Of a stretch of 64,000 nucleotides of DNA, positions 35,723 through 45,129 are shown piece by piece. The position numbers and the translations under genes were made by a program. The stretch is taken from the NCBI GenBank assembly GCA_964598655.1, contig CAZRCT010000002.1, positions 67,146-131,145 on the forward strand. The letters are read 5' to 3'. Each line of letters opens with the position of its first letter. Position 1 is the first letter of the stretch. A model generated the notes under the pieces. That model was not told the DNA's origin and ran no database searches. It saw only the letters and a list, made by a program, of their open reading frames with translations. Source of the stretch: an uncultured Gemmatimonadaceae bacterium (GTDB lineage: Bacteria; Gemmatimonadota; Gemmatimonadetes; Gemmatimonadales; GWC2-71-9).

Positions 35723-37519
35723 ATGACCGCACCCCTGACCCCGACCGAGCGCGCGGCCCCCGGGCTGGCCGTCGCCGGCATCCTTGGGGGCGTGGCGTTC
35801 TTCCTCGTGGTGGCCAAGGGCGCGGGGACGGCGCCCTTCGGGGCCGCGCTGCCGGCGGCCCTGGCCCTGCTCGCCGTCGGTGGCGCCCTGGTGACGCGCG
35901 AGCTCCGCCGCCCCGCGCCGGCGCGGGCGCCGGAGTGGCCGCTGGTGCTGGTGGTGGCGCTGGCCACCGGCCTGGCGCTCTCCACGCTCTGGGGCCTCTC
36001 GTTCTACCTGCGCTTCCCGGCCGACTTCCTGGGCTTCTGGGAAGGCGACTACCTGAATGACCTCCTCCAGTTCCACAAGGGCGTGCCGCTCTACGGCGAC
36101 GTGCTCGACAACATCGACTCGGTGTACACGCCGGGGGCGCAGCTGCTCACCTACGGGATCGCGCGGCTCTTCGGCGTGGAGTTTTCCGTGGTGCCGCTCC
36201 GGCTGATCCAGTTCTCCTACGTGCTGGTGGCGGCCGCCGTGGCCACGAGCACCGCCGACCACCTGGCGCGCCGCTTCCTGGCGCCGGGCGAGTACGCGGC
36301 CCGGCCGCTCTGGCTCGCCGCCTGGTTCCCGCTGCTGGTGCTGGTGGGGGTGGAGCCGCGCTTCAACCTCAACGTGCACACGCTGCACCCCGACAGCTTC
36401 ACGCTGCTCCTCTCGGCCTGCGGCTTCTGGCTGCTCGCGCGGCACCTGCTGCGGCCCGGCCTCGGCGTCACCGTCGGGATGGCGCTCCTGCCGGCGGTGG
36501 GCTTCTGGTCCAAGCAGAGCCTGGTGATCTGGCTGGTGCTCTTCGGCGGGTACCTGGTGGTGAGCGGGCGACGGGCCCGGGAAATCGTGACCTTCAGCGT
36601 GCTGGGCGCGCTCTTCCTGGCGCTGAGCCTCTGGCTGCTCTTCCGCGTCGGGGGCCCGCAGACCGGCTACTGGATCTTCGGCGTGCTCGGCGACAAGTCC
36701 GTGGGACTCGGCCGGAGCCTGCAGGCCTTCGTGCTGGCGGGCGGCTACGTCGGAATGCTCCTCCTGGCGCTCTGGGAGCTCGTGCTCCGCGACCGGAGCG
36801 TGCCGGCACTGCTGGCCTGGCTGGTGCCGGCGGGCCTGCTGCTCCTCGAGTGCTACACCACCGGCATCGGCTGGCAGAAGAATCACCTGGGGCCCGGCGT
36901 GCTCATGGCCGCCACCTTCGGCCTGGCGACGTTGCCGCGCCTGTGGCAGCGGCTGCTCGCCACGCCCGAGCCGCAGGTCCGGCTGGTGGGGCAGCTCGGG
37001 TTTGCGCTCGGGATCGGCCTCCTGCCGCCGGCGCTGGGCCTGGTGCGCGAGCCGGTCAACAAGGTGCCCGAGGAGGCGCTGGCGCAGGTGGCCGCCATCG
37101 AGGCCGAGTTCCGGGGGATGGACCCCCACAAGGTGCTGCTCGATCGTGGCAGCTGGGTGTACCTGCCTGACACCACGCTGCAGAAGGACCGCGCCTCGGC
37201 GGTGCAGCTCCATCTGGGCGCCAACTCGCCCCGGATGGACCTCGACGCCATCCAGGGCACCCTCGCGCGGATCCGCGCCGAGACGTACGACAAGTTGCTG
37301 ATCCACACCTTCCCGAAGGGCAACCCCTACGACTGGCACTCGCGCGGCTCGGGGATCCCGGAGGCCATCGACTCGCACTACGTGGCGGTGCGGGTGATCC
37401 CGGGCGCCACCGAGCTCGACGAGTGGTGGCCCAAGCGGCTGCTCACGCCGGTGACGGTGTACGTGGCGCGCTCGCGCCTGCCGGCCGGGGCCACCGGTCC
37501 TGCACCGGTGGCGCCATGA
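35723..37519 (+). CDS. Polytopic membrane protein, GT-C-like (DUF2029/GT87-like polyprenol-phosphate-sugar-dependent glycosyltransferase candidate)
   Basis: About 10 or more TM segments. The first-loop pattern FWEGDYLNDLLQFHKGVPLYGD...SVYTPGAQLL resembles the GT87/PimE-type motif. There is a soluble C-terminal domain. Confidence 0.55.
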   Translation: MTAPLTPTERAAPGLAVAGILGGVAFFLVVAKGAGTAPFGAALPAALALLAVGGALVTRELRRPAPARAPEWPLVLVVALATGLALSTLWGLSFYLRFPADFLGFWEGDYLNDLLQFHKGVPLYGDVLDNIDSVYTPGAQLLTYGIARLFGVEFSVVPLRLIQFSYVLVAAAVATSTADHLARRFLAPGEYAARPLWLAAWFPLLVLVGVEPRFNLNVHTLHPDSFTLLLSACGFWLLARHLLRPGLGVTVGMALLPAVGFWSKQSLVIWLVLFGGYLVVSGRRAREIVTFSVLGALFLALSLWLLFRVGGPQTGYWIFGVLGDKSVGLGRSLQAFVLAGGYVGMLLLALWELVLRDRSVPALLAWLVPAGLLLLECYTTGIGWQKNHLGPGVLMAATFGLATLPRLWQRLLATPEPQVRLVGQLGFALGIGLLPPALGLVREPVNKVPEEALAQVAAIEAEFRGMDPHKVLLDRGSWVYLPDTTLQKDRASAVQLHLGANSPRMDLDAIQGTLARIRAETYDKLLIHTFPKGNPYDWHSRGSGIPEAIDSHYVAVRVIPGATELDEWWPKRLLTPVTVYVARSRLPAGATGPAPVAP

Positions 37520-39243
37520 GCCGCGGCCCCGCCCCGCTCAAGGACCTCCTCACCAGCGCCACCTGGGCGGCCGTGCTGTTCGGGCTGCTGGAGGGGGCGC
37601 TCGACATCGTGCTGCGGGGGTACCCGGTCCTGCAGGCCGCCCACAAGCTCGGGCCGGCCGCGCTCTGGATCACACCGCTCGGGAACCTGCTCATCCTGCT
37701 GCCGGTGGCCGTGGTGCTGGCGCTGCTGGCCCGGTCGTGGCCCGCGGCGGGCACCGCCCCCGCCGCGTGGGGCGTCTTCGGGGCGCTCGGCGCCATGGCC
37801 GTGCTCCGCGCGCCCGAGGTGCTGCATCCGGTCACGGTGGCGCTGCTCGGGCTCGGGGTCGGCACCATGGTCTCGCGGGCGGTGCGGGCGCAGGGCGCGG
37901 GGTTCGTCCCCATGCTCCGGCGACGCCTGCTCGTGCTGCCGGCGCTGCTGCTCCTGGCCCTGGGCGGCACGCAGCTGGAACAGCGCCTGACGGAACAGCG
38001 CCGGGTCGCCGCGCTCCCCGCGGCCCCCGCCGGCCGGCCGGACGTCCTCATCCTGATCCTCGACACCGTCCGGCGCGACCGCTTCACCGGCGCCCGCTCG
38101 CTCACGCCCACCCTCGACAGCCTGGCCATGAGCGGCACCGACTTCGCCAACGCGTGGGCGCCGTCGTCGTGGTCACTGCCGTCGCACGCGTCGATCCTGA
38201 CGGGGCGCCCCATCACGGTGCACGGCGCCAACTGGCCGGGGCTCCGGCTCGGGGACAGCATCCCGAGCGTCGCCGAGGCGTTCCGGGATGCGGGGTACGC
38301 GACGGGCGCCTTCTCCAGCAACCACGCGTGGGTCACGCCGGAGTACCTTGGCCGCGGCTTCACGCGCTTCCGGGTGTACGAGCAGCTCGACCTGTGGGAG
38401 CGGACCAGCGCCGGGCGCATCGGCTCGCGGGTGCTCGCGCTCTTCGGCTGGCGGCCGGGACAGCCGGTGGTGCCGGCCACCCGGACCATCCGGCACTACC
38501 TCGACTTCGTCGATGCCCACCCGGGGCGGCCGACGTTCGGCTACATCTGCTTCATGGACGTGAACCGGGCCTTCTACAACCAGCTGCACGGCAAGAAGGC
38601 GTGGGAGCCGAAGCACAGCATGGCCTCGGCCATCGCGGCGTACGACGCCGCCCTCGCCCGCCTCGACGGCGACGTGGCCCAGCTCCTCGACGCCCTGCGC
38701 CGGCGGGGCCGCTTGGCCAACACCGTGATCGTGGTGGCCTCCGATCACGGCGAGTCCTTCGGCCCTGACGACGCGTCCGACCACCTGCCGCGCGGCCACG
38801 GCACCAGCCTGTATCCCGAGCAGGTGCGGGTCCCGTTCTTCGTGACCGGGCCCGGCGTCCCGGCGGGCCCCATCATTCCCGCCGCCACCTCCCTGGTGGA
38901 CGTTCCCGGCCTGGTCCTCGGTCTCGCCGGCCTCCCCGATGCGCGGTTCGCCCCGGGGCGCGCGCTCGCCGCGGTGCGTGCCCCCGCGCAGGCGGACAGT
39001 GTCGGGGAGGTCTTCACCGCGCTCGACTACGACAAGTGGAGCGCCCGCAGCGCCATCCAGGGCACCACCCAGTACATCGCGACGCACGCCCCCGCGCCGG
39101 GGGGCGAGGAGCTCTTCGACCTGTCCGCCGACTCCACGGCGCAGACGAGCCTGCCGGCCGCCGACCCGCGCTGGGGGCCCCTCAAGGCCCTGCTGCAGCA
39201 GTTCGACCCGGCCAGCCCCGCCCCCCGTGCTCCAAGCCGCTAG
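37516..39243 (+). CDS. Membrane-anchored alkaline-phosphatase-superfamily ('sulfatase-fold') protein, paralog D (Ser at the nucleophile position)
   Basis: The ATG at 37516 overlaps the upstream stop (ATGA). TM module, then DVLILILDTVR...APSSWSLPSHASILTGR...AFSSNHAW...ASDHGESFG. Confidence 0.8.
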   Translation: MSRGPAPLKDLLTSATWAAVLFGLLEGALDIVLRGYPVLQAAHKLGPAALWITPLGNLLILLPVAVVLALLARSWPAAGTAPAAWGVFGALGAMAVLRAPEVLHPVTVALLGLGVGTMVSRAVRAQGAGFVPMLRRRLLVLPALLLLALGGTQLEQRLTEQRRVAALPAAPAGRPDVLILILDTVRRDRFTGARSLTPTLDSLAMSGTDFANAWAPSSWSLPSHASILTGRPITVHGANWPGLRLGDSIPSVAEAFRDAGYATGAFSSNHAWVTPEYLGRGFTRFRVYEQLDLWERTSAGRIGSRVLALFGWRPGQPVVPATRTIRHYLDFVDAHPGRPTFGYICFMDVNRAFYNQLHGKKAWEPKHSMASAIAAYDAALARLDGDVAQLLDALRRRGRLANTVIVVASDHGESFGPDDASDHLPRGHGTSLYPEQVRVPFFVTGPGVPAGPIIPAATSLVDVPGLVLGLAGLPDARFAPGRALAAVRAPAQADSVGEVFTALDYDKWSARSAIQGTTQYIATHAPAPGGEELFDLSADSTAQTSLPAADPRWGPLKALLQQFDPASPAPRAPSR

Positions 39244-41332
39244 CCCGGGGGCGCTGCCCCCGCTGGCCACCCCTAACACGGCGGTGGTGGCACCGGTCTT
39301 CTGGGTGGCGCTCGCCATCGCCGGGATCGGCGCCCTGCTCCTGCACCGGGGCGATGGCGCGCGCACGGCGCGCTGGCTCGCACTGCTCGCGGCGGGCACC
39401 GCCGCGATGCTGCAGCTCACCGCGGCGGGCCCGCTGATCCGCTACCAGCACTTCCTGCCGCTCGCCGGGGGCTGGACCACCACCCAGCTGGCCGCCCTCA
39501 CGGTGCTCGGCCTGCAGGCCGCCCTGGTGCTCAGTGCTGTGGTGCGCCGGGGCGGCGGATTGCTGGGCTGGGTGCGGGCACGGTGGTCGGGCGGCAAGGT
39601 GGCGGTGCTGGGGCTGGCCCTGGTGGGGATGTCCGCCACGCTGAGCGCATCGCCGCGGGCCTATGGGCAGGAGCTGCTGCTGGCGGGGCTGGCGCAGCTG
39701 CTGCAGCTCATCACGCTCGGCATGGCGCTCGAGGCGCTGCCGGCGCGTTGGGCGGCGCGCGCGGCCGCCTGGTTCGACGGGGCCGAGGCGGGGCGGGATC
39801 CCGTCCCGCTCCTCATGGCCGCGCTCAGCGTGGGGCTGTCGGCGCTCCTCGCCGTGCTGGTGTACGAGCGGCATCCCCACATCCCCGACGAGGCCGCGTA
39901 CCTGCTGCAGGCGCGGACCTTCGCGCGCGGGGCGCTCACGCTGCCCACGCCGCCGGTGCTGCCCGCGTTCGACGTGGACATCACCCTCAACGACCACGGC
40001 CGCTGGTTCTCCGCCTTCCCGCCCGGCTGGCCGGCCATCCTCGCGCTCGGGGCGCTGGTGCGCGCCGAGTGGCTGGTGAACCCGCTGCTCGGCGGCCTCA
40101 ACGTGCTGCTGGCCTACGCCGTGACCCGGCGGCTCTACGACCGCCGCACGGCGCGCGTGGCTGCGCTGCTGCTGGCCGCCTCGCCCTGGCACCTGTTCCT
40201 GGCCATGAGCTTCATGAGCCAGACGGTGACCCTCACGGTGGGCCTCCTCGCCGCGCTGGGGGTGGTCCGCTGGCGGCAGGGCGACTCGCCGGCGTGGCTG
40301 GTGCTGGCGGGCGCGGCGGCGGGCTGGGCCGGCCTCACGCGCCCGCTCGACGGCGTCCTCGTGGCCGGCGCCACCGGCCTGTGGCTCCTCCTGCCCGGCG
40401 ACGGGGTGAACGCCGCCCGCGCGCGCCTCACCGGCGCGGTCGCCTACGGCACCGGCATGGGGCTGACGGGCGCGCTGACGCTGCTGTACAACCGCGCCCT
40501 CACCGGCTCGCCGCTCAAGTTCCCCGTGATGCTCTGGTCCGACCGGGTGTACGGCCCGGGGAAGAATGCGCTCGGCTTCGGCCCGGATCGCGGCTTCGGC
40601 TGGACCTCGCTCGATCCCTTTCCGGGTCACGGCTGGAAGGACGTGCTGGTCAACGCCAACCTCAACACCTTCCAGGTCAACACGGAACTGCTGGGCTGGG
40701 GCACGGGGTCGCTGCTCCTCGTGGTGGCGTACTGCCTCCTCCGCCGCATCGAGCGCCGGGACCTGGGACTCCTGCTGGCCACCTTCCTGGTGGTGGGGCT
40801 CCACGCATTCTACTGGTTCAGCGGCGGGCCGGACTTCGGCGCGCGCTACTGGTTCCTGGTGATCTACCCGCTCGTGGCCCTCGCCGCGCGCGCGGTGCTG
40901 GCCTTCGAGGCGGGCTCCTCCCTGCCCGGGCGACCCCTCGCGGCCGTCCTGCTGCTGTCGGTGGTGACCCTGCTGGTCTTCCTGCCCTGGCGCGCCCTCG
41001 ACAAGTACTGGCACTATCGCCGCATGCGGCCCGGCGTGGCCGCCCTCGCCGATTCGGCCGGCTTTGGCCGGAGCCTGGTGCTGGTGCAGGGGATCCGGTT
41101 CCCCGATTACGCCGGCGCGGCCACCTTCAACCCGCTCGACCTCCAGGCCAACCAGCCCCTGTACGCCTTCGACGCCGACTCGACGCTCCGCGCTGGAGTG
41201 CTGGCCGCGTATCCCGAGCGCCCGGTGTGGGTCATCGAGGGCCCGAGCCGCACCGGCGGACCGTACCGCATCGTGGCAGGACCCTTCCCGCCGGGCGCGC
41301 CCGTGACCACGCCGATCCCGCGGCGCCCGTGA
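39227..41332 (+). CDS. GT-C glycosyltransferase (ArnT/PMT-like, GT39/GT83-type) with an extra N-terminal polytopic extension
   Basis: ERHPHIPDEAAYLLQARTFARG is the DE/loop-1 motif of ArnT/PMT-type enzymes. There are many TM helices. The start is uncertain (GTG at 39227, or at 39284/39287). Confidence 0.65.
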   Translation: MLQAASPGALPPLATPNTAVVAPVFWVALAIAGIGALLLHRGDGARTARWLALLAAGTAAMLQLTAAGPLIRYQHFLPLAGGWTTTQLAALTVLGLQAALVLSAVVRRGGGLLGWVRARWSGGKVAVLGLALVGMSATLSASPRAYGQELLLAGLAQLLQLITLGMALEALPARWAARAAAWFDGAEAGRDPVPLLMAALSVGLSALLAVLVYERHPHIPDEAAYLLQARTFARGALTLPTPPVLPAFDVDITLNDHGRWFSAFPPGWPAILALGALVRAEWLVNPLLGGLNVLLAYAVTRRLYDRRTARVAALLLAASPWHLFLAMSFMSQTVTLTVGLLAALGVVRWRQGDSPAWLVLAGAAAGWAGLTRPLDGVLVAGATGLWLLLPGDGVNAARARLTGAVAYGTGMGLTGALTLLYNRALTGSPLKFPVMLWSDRVYGPGKNALGFGPDRGFGWTSLDPFPGHGWKDVLVNANLNTFQVNTELLGWGTGSLLLVVAYCLLRRIERRDLGLLLATFLVVGLHAFYWFSGGPDFGARYWFLVIYPLVALAARAVLAFEAGSSLPGRPLAAVLLLSVVTLLVFLPWRALDKYWHYRRMRPGVAALADSAGFGRSLVLVQGIRFPDYAGAATFNPLDLQANQPLYAFDADSTLRAGVLAAYPERPVWVIEGPSRTGGPYRIVAGPFPPGAPVTTPIPRRP

Positions 41333-42321
41333 ACCTCGCCGCCCTCGCGCCCTACCGGGGCCTCCGCGTGCTGGTGCTCGGTGGGGATGGATTCATCGGC
41401 CGGTGGGTGGCACGCCTGCTGACGGCGGCCGGCGCCGAGGTGCACGTGAGCGTGCTCGACCGCGCCGCCGCCGAGCCCGTGCTGGCCGCCTGGGAGGTGC
41501 AGGCCACCGTCCAGGTGGCGGACCTCACCGACCCCGCCGCCCTCGCCATGCTGCTCGGCGCGGTGGCGCCCGCCCTGGTGATCAACGCGGTGGGCTATGG
41601 CGTGGCCCCGGCGGAGAAGCGCGCCGAGAACCTGGCGCTGGCCGAGGCCATCAATCGCGACCTGCCCCGCCGGCTCGTGGAGGTGCTGGCCGAGTGCCCC
41701 GCCCCGGCGGGGTGGCATGGCCGCCGCCTGGTGCACGTGGGCTCCATCCTGGAGTACGGCAACATCGGCGGTCACCTCCCGGAGTCGGCCGCCGCGGCGC
41801 CCTTCGGCGTCTACGGCGTGACCAAGCACGCCGGCACCGAGGCGGTCCGCCGGGAGGCGGCGGCCCGTGGGGTTCCCGCCCTCACCGCCCGGATCTGTCA
41901 GGTGTACGGCCCGGGGGAGCACCCGGGCCGGCTGCTCCCGCTGTTGCTTGCCGCGAAGCAGACCGGTACCCTCCCGGTGCTGTCCCGGGGGACCCAGCGG
42001 AAGGACTTCACCTATGTGGAAGAGACCGCCGAGGGGCTGCTCCGGCTAGGGCTGACGGCGGGGGTCCCCGGGGAGATCGTGAACCTCGCCAGCGGCCGGC
42101 TGACCTCGGTGGCCAAGTTCATCCGGGAGGCGGCACAGCTCTTGCAACTTCCGCCAGCGATCGTAAGACTCGAAAACCCGTTGCCGGACAATGAGTTAGC
42201 ACACGACGAGGTGTGCAACGACCGGCTCCGGGAGCTCACCGCATGGGTGCCAGGGCTGGACATCCGCGGTGGACTCCGCCGTACGCTCGCCTTTGGCGCG
42301 CGCCCCCTTAGCCGCGGGTAG
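41329..42321 (+). CDS. NAD-dependent epimerase/dehydratase family protein (candidate NDP-4-keto-sugar reductase/epimerase)
   Basis: The GTG start overlaps the upstream stop. It carries VLVLGGDGFIGRWVARLL (Rossmann) and YGVTKHAG (YxxxK). Confidence 0.75.
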   Translation: MNLAALAPYRGLRVLVLGGDGFIGRWVARLLTAAGAEVHVSVLDRAAAEPVLAAWEVQATVQVADLTDPAALAMLLGAVAPALVINAVGYGVAPAEKRAENLALAEAINRDLPRRLVEVLAECPAPAGWHGRRLVHVGSILEYGNIGGHLPESAAAAPFGVYGVTKHAGTEAVRREAAARGVPALTARICQVYGPGEHPGRLLPLLLAAKQTGTLPVLSRGTQRKDFTYVEETAEGLLRLGLTAGVPGEIVNLASGRLTSVAKFIREAAQLLQLPPAIVRLENPLPDNELAHDEVCNDRLRELTAWVPGLDIRGGLRRTLAFGARPLSRG

Positions 42322-42324
42322 ACC

Positions 42325-43107
42325 ATGACCCAGGTCCTGACCGAGACCACCGACCGGCTCCTGTCGCTGGCCGTGCCGTGCTACAACGAGGAGGAATCGG
42401 TCCGGAACACCACCGTCCGGCTGGTGCAGGCGTTCCGGGAGCGGGGCCTCGAGGTGGAGCTGGTGCTGGTGGACAACGGGTCCAAGGACCGCACCGGGGC
42501 CATCATCGACGAGCTCGTGGCCGAGGGCCTGCCGGTGGTCAAGGAAGTGGTGCCCGTGAACCAGGGTTACGGCTACGGGGTGCTCCGCGGGCTGGCGCGC
42601 TGCCGGGGCAGGTTCGTGGGGTTCATCTGCGCCGACGGGCAGGTGGAGGCGACGGACGTGGCCAAGCTGTACGAGGTGCTGCTGAACGCGAAGACCCCGA
42701 AGCTGGTGAAGGTGCGCCGGCGGTTCCGCATGGACGGGTTCAAGCGGAAGATCGTCTCGATCATCTACAACGGCTTCGCCAACGTGCTCTTCGGCGGCCT
42801 CGGCACCATCGACATCAACGGCAACCCGAAGCTCTTCCCGCGGGCCTACTACGAGCGGATGAACCTCGCGAGCCGGGACTGGTTCCTGGACGCCGAGGTG
42901 ATGATCAAGGCCCGGCGGCTGGGCCTGCCGGTGTTCGAGCTCAACGTGCTGGGCCAGATGCGCGAGGGCGGCGCCTCGAACGTGCGGGGCAGCACCATCT
43001 GGGAATTCCTCGTGAACCTGGCGCGCGCGCGCTTCGGCCGCCTCGGCCCCGCCGGGGCCCCGGCCGAGCTTCCCGTCTCCGGCGGTGCCCCCGCCGCCCG
43101 TCCCTGA
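42325..43107 (+). CDS. Family-2 glycosyltransferase, DPM1/ArnC-like polyprenyl-phosphate sugar synthase type (soluble)
   Basis: LSLAVPCYNEEES...LVDNGSKDRTG...GYGYGVLRGL...ICADGQ...DAEVMIKARRLG. Confidence 0.8.
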   Translation: MTQVLTETTDRLLSLAVPCYNEEESVRNTTVRLVQAFRERGLEVELVLVDNGSKDRTGAIIDELVAEGLPVVKEVVPVNQGYGYGVLRGLARCRGRFVGFICADGQVEATDVAKLYEVLLNAKTPKLVKVRRRFRMDGFKRKIVSIIYNGFANVLFGGLGTIDINGNPKLFPRAYYERMNLASRDWFLDAEVMIKARRLGLPVFELNVLGQMREGGASNVRGSTIWEFLVNLARARFGRLGPAGAPAELPVSGGAPAARP

Positions 43108-43112
43108 GGATC

Positions 43113-44351
43113 ATGGCGCACCACCTGCGGACCACCTGCCGCGCCTGCGGCGGCACCAAGCTCACGGCGTTCCTGGCCCTCGGGCCCCAGCCGCTGGCCA
43201 ACGCCTTCCTGCGCACGCCGGCGGAGTTCGCCGCCGAGGCGCGCTACCCGCTCGACGTCTACCTCTGCGAGACCTGCAGCCTGGTGCAGCTGCTCGACGT
43301 GATCGACCCGGAGGTCCTCTTCCGGGATTACATCTACGTGACGGGCACCTCGAGCACCATCGCCGCGCACAACCAGGCCTACGCCCGCACCGTGATCGAC
43401 CACCTCGGCCTCGACGCGGGGGACCTGGTGGTGGAGGCCGCGAGCAACGACGGCAGCCTGCTGAAGTGCTTCAAGGCGGGCGGGGTGCGCACCCTCGGCG
43501 TGGAGCCGGCGCGCAACATCGCCCAGATGGCGCGGGAGGCGGGCATCGACACTGTGGCCGAGTTCTTCAGCACCGCCACCGCGCGCGAGCTCCGCGCCCG
43601 CTACGGGCCGGCCCGCGCCGTGATCGGCAACAACGTGCTGGCCCACGTGGACGACACGCGGGACTTCCTGCAGGGTGGCGCCGAGTGGATCGCCGACGAC
43701 GGGCTCATGATCACCGAGGTGCCCTACATCCGGGAGTTCATGGAGCGGCTGGAGTACGACACCGTCTACCACGAGCACCTCTGCTACTTCTCGGTGACGG
43801 CGCTCATGCGCCTCTGTGAGGCCGTGGGGCTCCGCATCGTGCGGACCGACCATCACCCGGTGCACGGCGGCACGCTGCGGATGTACGCCGGCAAGGTGGG
43901 CACCCACCCCGACCACGCCCCCGCCGTGAAGGCGCTGGCCGAGGAGGAGCGGAAGTGCGGCTTCACCACCCTGCCTCGCTTCCTCCAGTACGGGCAGGAC
44001 GTGAAGAAGAACCGCGAGCGGGTGCGCGGGCTGCTCGAGGAGCTCAAGGCCGAGGGGAAGACGGTGGCCGGCTACGGCGCGCCGGCCAAGGGCAACACCC
44101 TGCTCAATTACTGCGGCATCGGCACCGACCTGCTGCCCTACACGGTGGACAAGTCCCCGCTCAAGGTGGGCAAGTACACCCCGGGGATGCACATCCCCGT
44201 GCTCCCGGTGGAGACGCTGCTCGAACGCCAGCCCGACTTCGTGCTCATCCTGGCCTGGAACTTCGCGGGCGAGATCATGGCGCAGCAGCAGGAATACCGG
44301 AACCGCGGCGGCAAGTTCATCGTCCCCATCCCCGACCCCCTCATCTGTTAG
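43113..44351 (+). CDS. NDP-hexose C-methyltransferase (TylCIII-like; Zn-ribbon + SAM MTase + C-methyltransferase C-terminal domain)
   Basis: CRACGG...CETCSLVQL is the Zn-binding N-terminus, followed by EAASNDGSLL...VIGNNVLAHVDD...YHEHLCYFS...GYGAPAKGNTLLNY. Confidence 0.8.
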   Translation: MAHHLRTTCRACGGTKLTAFLALGPQPLANAFLRTPAEFAAEARYPLDVYLCETCSLVQLLDVIDPEVLFRDYIYVTGTSSTIAAHNQAYARTVIDHLGLDAGDLVVEAASNDGSLLKCFKAGGVRTLGVEPARNIAQMAREAGIDTVAEFFSTATARELRARYGPARAVIGNNVLAHVDDTRDFLQGGAEWIADDGLMITEVPYIREFMERLEYDTVYHEHLCYFSVTALMRLCEAVGLRIVRTDHHPVHGGTLRMYAGKVGTHPDHAPAVKALAEEERKCGFTTLPRFLQYGQDVKKNRERVRGLLEELKAEGKTVAGYGAPAKGNTLLNYCGIGTDLLPYTVDKSPLKVGKYTPGMHIPVLPVETLLERQPDFVLILAWNFAGEIMAQQQEYRNRGGKFIVPIPDPLIC

Positions 44352-44358
44352 GCGACGC

Positions 44359-45129
44359 ATGGAAGTGATCATCCTGGCGGGCGGCCGGGGCACCCGGATC
44401 GCGGAGGAGTCGGCCACCCGCCCCAAGCCCATGGTGGAGATCGGCGGCCGGCCGATCCTCTGGCACATCCTGAACATCTACGCCGCCCACGGGCACAGCG
44501 ACTTCCTGGTGGCCTGCGGCTACAAGAGCGAGATCATCAAGGAGTACTTCCACAACTTCATCGTCCACAACACCGACTACGTCATCGACTTCGCCACGGG
44601 CACGCTCGAGTACCTGTCGCCCAAGCGGCTGGGGTGGAAGGTGGCGGTGGTGGACACCGGGCTCGACACCATGACGGGCGGCCGGATCAAGCGGCTGGAG
44701 CCGCTGGTGAAGGGCGGCACCTTCATGGCCACCTACGGCGACGGCGTCGGCAACGTGGACATCACGGCGCTCGTCGCCTTCCACCGCGCCCACGGGAGGC
44801 TCGCCACGGTCACGGCGGTGCGGCCGCCGTCGCGCTTCGGCGGGCTCAACCTGGTGGGCGACCAGGTGGGCGAGTTCTCCGAGAAGCCCCAGACCGGCGA
44901 GGGCTGGATCAACGGCGGCTTCTTCGTCTTCGAGCGCGGCGTCTTCGACTACCTCGGCGACGACACCACCATCCTCGAGCGCGAGCCGCTCGAGCGGCTC
45001 GCCGCGGCGGGCCAGCTCATGGCGTTCCGGCATCCCGGCTTCTGGCAGCCGATGGACACCCTGCGGGAAAAACAGCTGCTCGAGTCGCTCTGGGCGGACG
45101 GGCGGGCACCCTGGAAGGTCTGGTCATGA
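44359..45129 (+). CDS. rfbF: Glucose-1-phosphate cytidylyltransferase
   Basis: MEVIILAGGRGTRIAEES..RPKPMVEIGGRPILWHILNIY...GGRIKR...INGGFFVFE, which is a typical RfbF. Confidence 0.9.
   Translation: MEVIILAGGRGTRIAEESATRPKPMVEIGGRPILWHILNIYAAHGHSDFLVACGYKSEIIKEYFHNFIVHNTDYVIDFATGTLEYLSPKRLGWKVAVVDTGLDTMTGGRIKRLEPLVKGGTFMATYGDGVGNVDITALVAFHRAHGRLATVTAVRPPSRFGGLNLVGDQVGEFSEKPQTGEGWINGGFFVFERGVFDYLGDDTTILEREPLERLAAAGQLMAFRHPGFWQPMDTLREKQLLESLWADGRAPWKVWS

Noticed and set aside
26962-39243. Calling the four AP-fold genes 'sulfatases' or 'arylsulfatases'
   Set aside because: The C/S-x-P-x-R formylglycine motif, the DD metal motif and the GKWH sulfate-binding motif are all absent. See the finding for the alternative interpretation.
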